Assembly (NCBI GenBank): GCA_964549615.1
Contig: CAZJVP010000051.1
Location: 58,740-122,739 of the forward strand
Direction of reading: 5' to 3'
Length of the DNA stretch: 64,000 nt
Origin: an uncultured Thermococci archaeon
GTDB lineage: Archaea > CAYQAE01 > CAYVLA01
Part shown: in pieces, positions 10,652 to 19,441 of the stretch
How the letters are laid out: each line of letters starts with the position of its first letter
Position numbering within the stretch: position 1 is the stretch's first letter
Position numbers and translations under genes: made by a program
Notes under the pieces: generated by a model
Databases searched by the model: none
What the model was told of the DNA's origin: nothing
What the model saw: the letters and a program-made list of their open reading frames with translations, nothing else

Positions 10652-10683
10652 CCTCTGCCGAGCCTTGACGGGCCGGTTTCGCC

Positions 10684-12453
10684 CTAAAGGTAGGCCTCGG
10701 TGACGTACCGGTACATCATCCTGTTGCTGTTGAAATAGTAGGCTATCTTGCCGATCGAGTTCTTCATGAGCTCGATCCACTCGCTCCTTCTCTGGTAGAA
10801 GGTTGGGCCTATCACGTAGGAGAGCTTGCCGTATAGGTCGTCGAGTTCCCGGCTGCGGCGGGCCTCGGGGCTCAGACTCTCCTCGGGTGCCGGTCCTATG
10901 GACCAGCCGGTCACGCCCTCGATGCATCCCTCGACCCACCAGCCGTCCAAGACGCTGAAGTTAACCACGCCGTTGTGGGCCGCCTTCATGCCGCTGGTCC
11001 CGGAGGCCTCGAAGGGCGGTAGGGGCGTGTTCAGCCAGACATCGACCCCGGCGGTGAGCTTGGCCGCCATCTGCATGTTGTAGTCCTCGAGGTACACGAT
11101 GGGGATCTCGTTGCCGACCTCCCTGATGTGTCCGTGGATCTCCTCTATGAGCTGCTTGCCCCAGGTATCCTTGGGGTGTGCCTTCCCGGCGAACACGGCT
11201 TGTATCCGATGCTTCCTATTCGCGTCCTTCAGCCTTTCCAGATCCGCGAAGAGGAGGTTGGGTCGTTTGTAGGCGGTCGCCCTGCGCGCGAAACCGAGGG
11301 TCAGGACGGTGGGATCAAGGTTGATCTCTGTCTTCTTCCAGACGAAGTCAAGAAGCTCCTTCTTGGCCTGCATATGCGCGTCCCAGATCTCTTCATCCGG
11401 GATGATATCGACCCTCACGAGCAGGGCAGGCTCGTTTGCCCAGCCGGGCAGATACCTGTCGTACAGCCTCCTCATGCTCTCGCACGTCCATGTGTAGGAG
11501 TGCACGCCGTTGTTGATCGCGGTGATGTGGTGCCCCGGGAAGAGCTGCATGGAGAGATCCCTGTGCCTGTTGGCAACGCCGTTGACGTACTTGCTGAGAT
11601 TCAGGGCAAGTGCGGTCATGTTCAGCTTGTCCCGTCCGCCAAGCTGTTTGAGCAGATCCAACGGTATGATCGGCCCCATGATGGCCTGGACGAGGTCGTA
11701 GGGGAACTTGTCATGGCCCGCCTCAACCGGGGTGTGGGTGGTGAATATGCACAGGTCCCTCACCGTGTCTGGAGCCATGCCGTTCGCGCGGAGAAGCTCG
11801 ACCGCCAGCAGGCTCGAGTGGCCCTCGTTCATGTGGTATCGGCTGACCTTGAATCCCGCCGCCTCCAGCATGCGCACGCCGCCGATGCCGAGGACGATCT
11901 CCTGCTTCAACCTATACGCCTCGTCGCCGCCGTAGAGATAGTCGGTGATCGCCCTGTCTTGGGGCGCGTTGCCGTCCACATTCGTGTCCAGGAAGAGGAT
12001 TGATACCAGCCCGCCGGTGGGGCTGACGTGATCATAAAGCCACGCCTTCACGCGAACCTCCCTGCCCTCTATCTGCACCCTGACCTGACAGGGAAGCTCG
12101 TTCATGAACTTGGCAGGATCCCATTCCACGGGCTCCTCAATCTGCTTGCCTTCCTTGGTGATCCTCTGCCTCAGGTAGCCCTTCCTGCTAACCAGCGAAA
12201 CCGCGACGAGCGGTATCCTCATATCTGCGCTTGACCTTATCGTATCGCCGGCCAGTACCCCCAGTCCGCCGCTGTAGGTGGGCATGTCGTCGTTCAACCC
12301 GATCTCCATCGAGAAGTAGGCTACCCTCTTTCCCTCCAAGAAGGCGTGCCGGCAGTAGTCGCTGCAGAAGCGGTATGTCCTTCCGCGCACGTCGACCTTG
12401 TGCCTGTCTGGATCGTCTCCAATGGGGACTCCGCACTGCGGATCGATGAACAT
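10684..12453 (-). CDS. glgP: Alpha-glucan (glycogen/maltodextrin) phosphorylase, GT35, with N-terminal YHS-type metal-binding domain
   Basis: FSMEIGLNDDMPTYSGGLGVLAGD is the GT35 signature; first 40 aa DPQCGVPI...DVRGRTYRFCSDYCRHAF match YHS domain consensus (DPVCGM...YYFCSxxC). Confidence 0.7.
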   Translation of the reverse strand: MFIDPQCGVPIGDDPDRHKVDVRGRTYRFCSDYCRHAFLEGKRVAYFSMEIGLNDDMPTYSGGLGVLAGDTIRSSADMRIPLVAVSLVSRKGYLRQRITKEGKQIEEPVEWDPAKFMNELPCQVRVQIEGREVRVKAWLYDHVSPTGGLVSILFLDTNVDGNAPQDRAITDYLYGGDEAYRLKQEIVLGIGGVRMLEAAGFKVSRYHMNEGHSSLLAVELLRANGMAPDTVRDLCIFTTHTPVEAGHDKFPYDLVQAIMGPIIPLDLLKQLGGRDKLNMTALALNLSKYVNGVANRHRDLSMQLFPGHHITAINNGVHSYTWTCESMRRLYDRYLPGWANEPALLVRVDIIPDEEIWDAHMQAKKELLDFVWKKTEINLDPTVLTLGFARRATAYKRPNLLFADLERLKDANRKHRIQAVFAGKAHPKDTWGKQLIEEIHGHIREVGNEIPIVYLEDYNMQMAAKLTAGVDVWLNTPLPPFEASGTSGMKAAHNGVVNFSVLDGWWVEGCIEGVTGWSIGPAPEESLSPEARRSRELDDLYGKLSYVIGPTFYQRRSEWIELMKNSIGKIAYYFNSNRMMYRYVTEAYL

Positions 12454-12652
12454 ATGTCGTGACCTCTCAGGTCAAGTCGCGCGGACGCCGACGCCCACGT
12501 TGGCTTGGTACCTTGGAAGAGCACGGTTGCTGGGTGACCCTTGAAAATGGTTCCGCCAAAAAGGATGGTAAGTTGGAAAAAGGACAGCCAAGCATTCGAC
12601 CGCCAGAGGTTGGACCCTTTGCTAGGAGGCTTGCAGAGCCCCGTGCGGCGCC

Positions 12653-13567
12653 TCAGGGCTGCCCGCCTCCGAGTTCTATGGCCTTCCTGACGAATCCGCC
12701 CGACCTCTTGAGGAGTTCCGATGCTTTTTCACGGTCCTGACCGGTCTTGGCCATAACCAGGGCGACCTTGACGTTGTACCCTGCGTCTTGCAACAATCGG
12801 TCGGCTTCGCTCGGCGAAAGGCCGGTCGTCAGGGCAAGGATCTTCCTTGCTCTCGAGCGCAGCTTCTCGCTCCAGGGTTGCAGGTCGACCATCAAGTTGC
12901 CGTAGACCTTTCCTAGCTTGATCATGGACGCTGTGCTGATCATGGTAAGAATGAGCTTCTGGGCCGTTGCGGCCTTCATGCGGGTCGATCCGGCAATGAC
13001 CTCGGGCCCGGTGGGGACGGATATGCAGAGGTCGCATAGATCGGATAGCTCGGAGTTGGGCGTGCAGTCTATGCCCACCGTTCGTGCGCCAACCTCCTTG
13101 GCCCGCTTGAGGGCCGCAACGACCCAGGGGGTCCTCCCGCTTGCCGCAAGGCCGATCACCAGATCACCCGCGCGGACCCCGGCCTCGGACACGGCCTTCA
13201 TTCCATCGGCCGCGCTGTCCTCGGCGCCCTCCTTTGCGCGAAACACCGCGTCAGGCCCTCCCGCGATGAGACCGCGGACTAGGTCAGGGGGTGTCCTGAA
13301 CGTAGGCGGGCACTCCGCCGCGTCGATGATCCCGAGCCTGCCGCTCGTGCCGGCGCCCACGTAGAAGATTCGGCCGCCGGATCTGATCGTCTTGACGTAT
13401 CGATCCACGGCCTCGGCAATCAGAGGGATCCTGGAGGAAACGACGATGGGAACCGACTTGTCCTCCTCGTTGATGAGGGTCAGGATGTCGACGGTCTGCA
13501 TGGAGTCGATGTCCTTGGTCTTGGGATTCCTCGCCTCGGTCAGCAGCCTGTCCAAGTCAACGCCCAT
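12653..13567 (-). CDS. murQ: N-acetylmuramic acid 6-phosphate etherase (SIS domain)
   Basis: 304 aa; GGRIFYVGAGTSGRLGIIDAAECPPTF... and C-terminal MurQ/GckR-family region. Confidence 0.65.
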   Translation of the reverse strand: MGVDLDRLLTEARNPKTKDIDSMQTVDILTLINEEDKSVPIVVSSRIPLIAEAVDRYVKTIRSGGRIFYVGAGTSGRLGIIDAAECPPTFRTPPDLVRGLIAGGPDAVFRAKEGAEDSAADGMKAVSEAGVRAGDLVIGLAASGRTPWVVAALKRAKEVGARTVGIDCTPNSELSDLCDLCISVPTGPEVIAGSTRMKAATAQKLILTMISTASMIKLGKVYGNLMVDLQPWSEKLRSRARKILALTTGLSPSEADRLLQDAGYNVKVALVMAKTGQDREKASELLKRSGGFVRKAIELGGGQP

Positions 13568-13767
13568 GTGCGATCATCCATCTTGGACAAAAAGGCCACC
13601 CGGCTCCTCTCAAAAAGTTGCGTGGCGACGGACAGCTCTTGCGGCTATGCCATGGGTCTATGGTTCGTCTATGGCTCGTCTTGCACGGGACCCGGCTGTA
13701 AGACTATTCAACACCCGGCAAAGAGAAGTTTCGGAGGCCCGGATTTTTTGGCTTCGCGTGATTCGGC

Positions 13768-14100
13768 ATGATCGTGCTAGGAGGCTTGGATGGCGGAGGC
13801 ACGAAGACCCTGTGTGCCCTCGTCGATGAGAGCGGCAGGGTCCTGGCCTTGCATGCCTCAGTGACCATAGTTAGGGAAGCCGCGAAGAACCTTGCCGAGA
13901 TGGTGAGGGCGGTGGCGAGGAAGCTGGGTGTTGTCGAGAATTTCGAGCTGGCGTGCGTCGGCGGCATGTTCCGTGATGGCGAGTTGATGCTTTCCGCCTT
14001 GGATGAAGAACTGAGAATGTTTGGGCTCAGGTGCAACCTCGTCGGGCCGGAACTTCCGCCCGTCGGGGGTGCTCTGCTGATCGCATCCACGATGCTTGGG
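13768..14100 (+). pseudogene. BadF/BadG/BcrA/BcrD-type ATPase (GlcNAc kinase-like), internally deleted
   Basis: N-terminal IVLGGLDGGGTKTLCALVD (phosphate-1) is joined directly to a C-terminal-like ACVGGMFRDGE...LVGPELPPVGGALLIA; ~110 aa where ~300 expected; ORF then runs into the 36-bp repeats. Confidence 0.4.
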
Positions 14101-14208
14101 GTGCCCAGCTCGAGCGGTTTCACCGCTAGGCTCAAGAACTCGTGCTACGCGTATGTGATGCGGCAGGAGAGTGTGCCCAGCCCGAGCGGTTTCACCGCTA
14201 GGCTCAAG
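14101..14208. repeat. CRISPR-like mini-array: two 36-bp direct repeats (1 mismatch) separated by a 36-bp unique spacer
   Basis: 14101-14136 GTGCCCAGCTCGAGCGGTTTCACCGCTAGGCTCAAG; 14173-14208 same with T>C; repeat contains palindrome AGCGG-TTTCA-CCGCT. Confidence 0.5.
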
Positions 14209-14225
14209 GGGGGTCTTTCGGCGGC

Positions 14226-16415
14226 GTGGACGGTGACCAACCGATGGTTCGAATGAGGAGCGGGCATACTGAGATCGCGCTGTCACCGAGGGACGGGTTC
14301 GGTTTCTCTTCCATCCTTGACCGCAGATCGGAATTTGACTGGATCAGGGAACCGGCAGGGCCGGGGCTCTGGAGGCTTACCGGCCTGACCCCAGAGGGAG
14401 AACGCAGGGTGATCACCTCCGGGGACGCAGGGATCTTGATCCTGGAGCGGTCTAGGCGTAGCACATCGCTCGGTTTTGAGGGCCCGGAGGGAATTGGGAT
14501 ACGGGTTGGCTTGGAGGCCCAGCAACGCGACCTTCTGCTCCTGCGGCTCGAGATGCTAACGATGGATGGCCTCGCCGAGGTGGAGCGCCTGGACTTTCCG
14601 TGCCTCGCTGGCTTGGCTCTGCCCCCGGGGGATCCGGCGCTTTCCTACTTTGCCTTCCCGTTCGAGCAGGGCGTGCTCGTCCGCGATCCCGGGACGACGA
14701 TTTTTGCGAACGAGGAGGCCAATTTCCGCCTTTCCGGCACCTACCCCGGCAACTGGTCCGTGCAGTTCGTTGCGTACGGGCAGCACGGCGGCCCCGGCCT
14801 GTACCTTGCAAGCTACGACCCCCTAGGGTGCGTAAAGAGGTTCGTTGCGGAAAGAGCCGCGGACGGCCGCATCGTGTTTTGGGTCGAAAACCATCTCGTT
14901 GACCCCACGCTTCCCGGCGCACTTCCATACCCGCTCGCTATCGGAACCTACGAGGGCTCGTGGCTGGATGCGGCTCGGATCTACGCGAGTTGGGCTTCGA
15001 AACAGAGTTGGTGTTCGCGCCGTGAGCTAACATCGGGAGCCAATGGCCGGTGGGCTCAATCAACCCCCGCGTGGATCTGGAATAGAGGTAGGGCGGCAAA
15101 GGTGGTTCCCAGCGTCCTGAAGCTGTCCGACTACCTCGGTCGGCCCGTGGCCCTAGACTGGTACTGGTGGCATGGAAATCCTTACGACACGTTGCTGCCC
15201 GAGTACCTGCCCCCGAGGGACGGGGAAGAGGCCTTCAGAGAGGCGATCCGTCGCATCCACCGGATGGGATCGAGGTGCATAGCCTACATCAACGGTCGCT
15301 GTTGCGATCTGGCCTCCTCCCACTTCAGCAGCTCCGCAGCCGTCTTCAAGCGGTCTGGCGAGGTCGAGGCCGAGACCTACTGCAAGTACACTGGCGCTCG
15401 GCTGGCGGTGATGTGCCCCGCGACGGAGTACTGGAAGAGCGAGATCACAAGCATCGTCTCCAAGCTCGTTGACTACGGCCTAGACGGGGTCTACATCGAT
15501 CAGGTCGCGTCCGCTCCTCCGAGGCTCTGTTTCTCGGCAGGACACAACCACCCGAGGGGCGGGTGTCTGGCTTGGGCAGAGGGAAACAGGGCTCTGCTGA
15601 GCTCTGCAAGAGCGGCGGCGAAGGCTAGGAATCCCGAGGCAATGCTTTGCTCGGAGGGATGCTGCGAGGTTTACATGGACCTCCTAGACGCCTTCCTAAC
15701 CCTTTCCCCCTCATTTGAGAGGATGGGGATGTTCCGGTCCCTTGGGGATTCTTGGGAGCCCATACCCATGTTCAACAGCGTGTACCACCAGTTCGTGGTA
15801 ACCTTCGGATCCTATGCATCGCTGGGCAATCCCCCCTATGACGAGCTCTGGCCGCCGAGGACTTCAGCTGACGAGGCGGATCTCTCGCGGTTCACCGATC
15901 AGTTTGACTTGGAGGTCGCCCGGTGTCTCGTGTTCGGCCAAAAGCCGATGATCGCCAACTTCGAGCCTGGCCAATTGAAGCGGGCGAAGATGAAAAGGAG
16001 CCTCGATTTCTTCAGGGAGGTCTGCATGCTTCATGAACGCTTGGAGGACCACTTGGTTAGGGGTAGGTATCTCGGATCCCCGGAGGTCAGCGCCCCTCCG
16101 TTCAAAGTCCGTTGCTTCAGCAAGGGCATTTACACGCTTCCTGGACAATCGCGGACGACGGTCAGGACGGTCCCATCGATTCTGGCAAGCGCCTGGGAGG
16201 CTCCTGACGGATCGGTCGCTGTCGTTCTGGCAAACATATCGCCCCGCTTGCATCGAGTTCAACTGGACCTCTCCAAGTTCGGGGTCACCAGCGACGCGAG
16301 ATTGCTGCGCATCGAGCCGAGGGGTGGCGCACATCCTGGGCGGCAGTTGTCCGGGAGGAGGATCACGGTCCGCGGCAAGCACGTCGTGGGGCTCAAGGCG
16401 GCCGAAGGGCGATGA
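14226..16415 (+). CDS. Large hypothetical protein, possible TIM-barrel glycoside-hydrolase-like (GH114-like DGVYIDQ segment)
   Basis: 729 aa; LDWYWWHGNPYD...LVDYGLDGVYIDQVAS...; no secure family call. Confidence 0.4.
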   Translation: MDGDQPMVRMRSGHTEIALSPRDGFGFSSILDRRSEFDWIREPAGPGLWRLTGLTPEGERRVITSGDAGILILERSRRSTSLGFEGPEGIGIRVGLEAQQRDLLLLRLEMLTMDGLAEVERLDFPCLAGLALPPGDPALSYFAFPFEQGVLVRDPGTTIFANEEANFRLSGTYPGNWSVQFVAYGQHGGPGLYLASYDPLGCVKRFVAERAADGRIVFWVENHLVDPTLPGALPYPLAIGTYEGSWLDAARIYASWASKQSWCSRRELTSGANGRWAQSTPAWIWNRGRAAKVVPSVLKLSDYLGRPVALDWYWWHGNPYDTLLPEYLPPRDGEEAFREAIRRIHRMGSRCIAYINGRCCDLASSHFSSSAAVFKRSGEVEAETYCKYTGARLAVMCPATEYWKSEITSIVSKLVDYGLDGVYIDQVASAPPRLCFSAGHNHPRGGCLAWAEGNRALLSSARAAAKARNPEAMLCSEGCCEVYMDLLDAFLTLSPSFERMGMFRSLGDSWEPIPMFNSVYHQFVVTFGSYASLGNPPYDELWPPRTSADEADLSRFTDQFDLEVARCLVFGQKPMIANFEPGQLKRAKMKRSLDFFREVCMLHERLEDHLVRGRYLGSPEVSAPPFKVRCFSKGIYTLPGQSRTTVRTVPSILASAWEAPDGSVAVVLANISPRLHRVQLDLSKFGVTSDARLLRIEPRGGAHPGRQLSGRRITVRGKHVVGLKAAEGR

Positions 16416-16445
16416 GTTGGGCCGCGATGCTCGACGTCTTTGCGG

Positions 16446-17693
16446 TCATTCTTGACCTCGAGACTTGGTCGATCTGACTTCCTTGTAAAGGATTCGGCGG
16501 ACGAGCAGGCTGTAGACCACAAGCCCCGACGCGAAAAGCGTCCCCGTCACGGCCGACCACTCGGTGACGTAAACCCACAACAGCGCCCGGTCCTTCAGCC
16601 TCATTGCATTGTTGGCAATCGAGGATATCCTGTCGAGCGCCTCCAGCATCGATTTGGAAGCTAGTGCGAAATCCTGCGTCCTGTATGCCTCAAAGGAATC
16701 CTCCTTCAACCGGCCCACGCGGGCTATCTCGGCCTCTAGCGTCCTTGTGTTTGCTCCGAACCTGTCGACGAAATCGAGAAGCGAGAAGAGGAGCAACCGG
16801 TCCTCGTTATACCGCCAGTAGCGCATCCTGAGATCGTGGACGAGGAGCACGTCCTCAGGCAGCGAACGGCCCGTTGAGTGAAGAAGGATGTTCAGGAAGA
16901 TGTCTATGGCGTACACGTTCTGGCTCAAACCGTGGACGGAGGACCACCACGTTGAGTCCAGGTCATCCGCGACAACCCAGAACAGGCCGCCGTTTGCACC
17001 AACCTTCCAGGATACGAGCCAATCGCCCGAGGCGCTCGATGGCAGGGTGGCGGATGAGAGCTTGCCCCAGAGGGTCGCTCCGGCCCTGGTCGTGAGGTAG
17101 GTGAAGGCGGAGGCTCCCCGGACGTTCTCAATTCCCAAAGGAACGAACATGGACAGGAGCGGTGGATCCTTCTTTACCACCTTGATGCTGAACGTCGACC
17201 CATCCTGCTTCATCTTGTCGTTCAGCTCGACGGGCAGGATCTCCTCCAGCACGGAGTTCTTCCAGCCGGGATAAGCCTTGCCCGTGGGGCTCGACAAGTC
17301 GCCTCCCATCGTCACGAAGGCTCCCAGGCCGCTTTCCATGGCGTATCTCATGTCGGCTATCTGGGCCGGCGTGAAAGGTTCGATGTAGCCGTCGGGAAAC
17401 ACGAAGAAGTCGAAGTCCTGGACGAGGGACTCGCGAGTCTTTGGGAAGTAGATCCTGATATAGCGGCGCCAAGCCTGTTCCATCACGCGCTGGCCTGCCA
17501 CGGCCTGGCCGGCCATGATGTCGATGTCCGTGGGGATGAGCACGTAATCCACCAGCGGGTCGGCGTCGAACCAGTAGGGTATGGGGGATTCGCCCGGCAT
17601 GACCTGCCCTATGGCCAGGACGTTGATCCCCTCCGTGCAGATGACCGCCGTTGGGCACATGAGGACGGAGAGGAGAATCCAGATGTATTTCAT
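16446..17693 (-). CDS. Paralog B of the 5-member secreted/C-terminally anchored family
   Basis: ORF extends to 17918 but signal peptide MKYIWILLSVLMCPTAVICTEG starts at 17693, giving 415 aa (same length as paralog A); motif block INVLAIGQVMPGE...WFDADPLVDYVLIPTDIDIMAGQ almost identical to A. Confidence 0.6.
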   Translation of the reverse strand: MKYIWILLSVLMCPTAVICTEGINVLAIGQVMPGESPIPYWFDADPLVDYVLIPTDIDIMAGQAVAGQRVMEQAWRRYIRIYFPKTRESLVQDFDFFVFPDGYIEPFTPAQIADMRYAMESGLGAFVTMGGDLSSPTGKAYPGWKNSVLEEILPVELNDKMKQDGSTFSIKVVKKDPPLLSMFVPLGIENVRGASAFTYLTTRAGATLWGKLSSATLPSSASGDWLVSWKVGANGGLFWVVADDLDSTWWSSVHGLSQNVYAIDIFLNILLHSTGRSLPEDVLLVHDLRMRYWRYNEDRLLLFSLLDFVDRFGANTRTLEAEIARVGRLKEDSFEAYRTQDFALASKSMLEALDRISSIANNAMRLKDRALLWVYVTEWSAVTGTLFASGLVVYSLLVRRILYKEVRSTKSRGQE

Positions 17694-18023
17694 GCGGCTA
17701 GCACCCAGGAAAGGCACAGCGGTCGTCTCGACGAGCTGTGGCGTGAAATCTCTCTTAATGGTTTCGAGGGTTGGTCGATCATTGGGGGGATCCGTTGACG
17801 TGTCGTCCGCCGCCCCCGTGGCACGATGCTCAAGCTGCGGTGCGGATGCGCGTGGGGTTTTCCACAACCCGAACAGGGACGGAACTCCAGAAAGTTCTCC
17901 GGAAGAGTCCCCGAACACGTTTTAAGACGGGAAACCCAACTACGTGCTTGGCCAGGGACATTCCTGACGTTGGGTGTGAGGCAGACAAGGTGGTTCTGGG
18001 TGAGACGCGTGGGCGTGTGCCTT

Positions 18024-19214
18024 ATGTTGCTTGCCGTGGCGTCCGCGGCCCTCATGGGCACATACCTCAAAGGTCGCGGGGATATGCCTGAAAATAAGAC
18101 TGACTTTTCTGGAGGCGATGAGCTGCCCTACCCACAGGGAACACAATTCCCAATGATGCTTTACTCCGTGGTCGCGGAGGATCTGGTTTCTGTGAAGAAC
18201 GAGGGGTTCAACCTCGTCCACACCTACAGCTTCGACAGGAGCTGGTTGGAGGACGTTCGCAGGGTAGGGCTCCATGCCGTGGTGCCGATCGGCGCCTATG
18301 ATCAGGCAAGCCTTTGGAACGAACCGCAAACCGAGAACTTCGTGTCATCCTATGCGGATGACTTCAGCGTCGCTTGGTGGGGTCTTCCGGAGGAGATGAC
18401 GTGGACGGTGGATTGGAAGCTCAACCAGTTGGTGGATCTATCTTCCTGGGTACGTAGGTATGATGCTAACAAGAGACCGACGTACGAGTACCTTGCGGGC
18501 AACTACATAGCTTACGACATACGGAACTACGTTCCCTACGTGGACATAATCGGCATTGGTGCGTACGTCGACTATAATGAACAGCCGCGGCAGTGGATAA
18601 GGTGGGCGGTGAAACAGGTCATAGACGGAATCACGCAGGCCGGGTTCAGCGTTGGCCGGGACTACCTGGGCAGGGAGAGAGTGCCGGTGGCGGTTTTGCA
18701 GATGTTCATAGAGGGAGGGACGCATGTCCAGACGGGGCCGGAGTCCTACCATGATGTCTGGAGCGCGGTCTGCGCCGGCGCAAAGGGGATTCTAGTCTTC
18801 TCCCACAGTTATAGGGGACGTTTCGGCCCGGATGTCTATGAGGCCTTTGTCAAGGCAGCTCGCCAACTCACCGGGGAGCACGACCTTGGCAGGGTGGCGT
18901 TATTTGGACAGGATCTGCCAGGCATCGTGACCAATGTCATTTCGGGCCCCGCAACGACGCCACCCTTCGACTCGTGGGGCGGCAAGGCCATCTCGTTTCC
19001 GACTATGAACGTGATGGCTCGAGAATATGAAGGGAAGAAGTACATCTTCGCGGTCAACGATGTGGACGAGCCCATAACTGCCAAGTTTGCTAACCTGCCC
19101 CTTGAGGTGACCCGCGCCGTTGTGATCGACGAGGGCCGAACCATACCAGTTAGCGGGGCAAGCTTCGTCGACAGCTTTGGCAACTGGGGCGTTCACCTCT
19201 ATTTACTCGAGTAG
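18024..19214 (+). CDS. Secreted hypothetical protein, possible TIM-barrel glycosidase-like
   Basis: ORF opens at 17826, likely start MLLAVASAALMGTYLKG (signal) at 18024; FNLVHTYSFDRSWLEDVRRVGLHAVVPIG. Confidence 0.4.
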   Translation: MLLAVASAALMGTYLKGRGDMPENKTDFSGGDELPYPQGTQFPMMLYSVVAEDLVSVKNEGFNLVHTYSFDRSWLEDVRRVGLHAVVPIGAYDQASLWNEPQTENFVSSYADDFSVAWWGLPEEMTWTVDWKLNQLVDLSSWVRRYDANKRPTYEYLAGNYIAYDIRNYVPYVDIIGIGAYVDYNEQPRQWIRWAVKQVIDGITQAGFSVGRDYLGRERVPVAVLQMFIEGGTHVQTGPESYHDVWSAVCAGAKGILVFSHSYRGRFGPDVYEAFVKAARQLTGEHDLGRVALFGQDLPGIVTNVISGPATTPPFDSWGGKAISFPTMNVMAREYEGKKYIFAVNDVDEPITAKFANLPLEVTRAVVIDEGRTIPVSGASFVDSFGNWGVHLYLLE

Positions 19215-19441
19215 GAGGAGGGTTTGGTGGAATGCGGGGCCATGCCAGTTCCTCGACTCTTTGGAGCATGCCTCAGCGCCACCACCAGCATCGGCGATAC
19301 GGCGGGATGCAAGATGCGCATTCTCGATAAGCGCCGAATCCATTTTGCCCAAACATGCTGCTCCAGGTTCAGCCCCGGAGGAGGCCCCGGCGGGATCCGA
19401 ACAAGGTTTGCCCCCTATGTTTCCCGCGACGAAAGATGGTT

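Noticed and set aside
10652-10683. Possible hairpin terminator between convergent GT and glgP genes
   Set aside because: Only weak, imperfect pairing and no T-run; not supportable.
11128-12003. 291-aa ORF antisense to glgP
   Set aside because: Overlaps the unmistakable GT35 phosphorylase; composition is non-coding-like.
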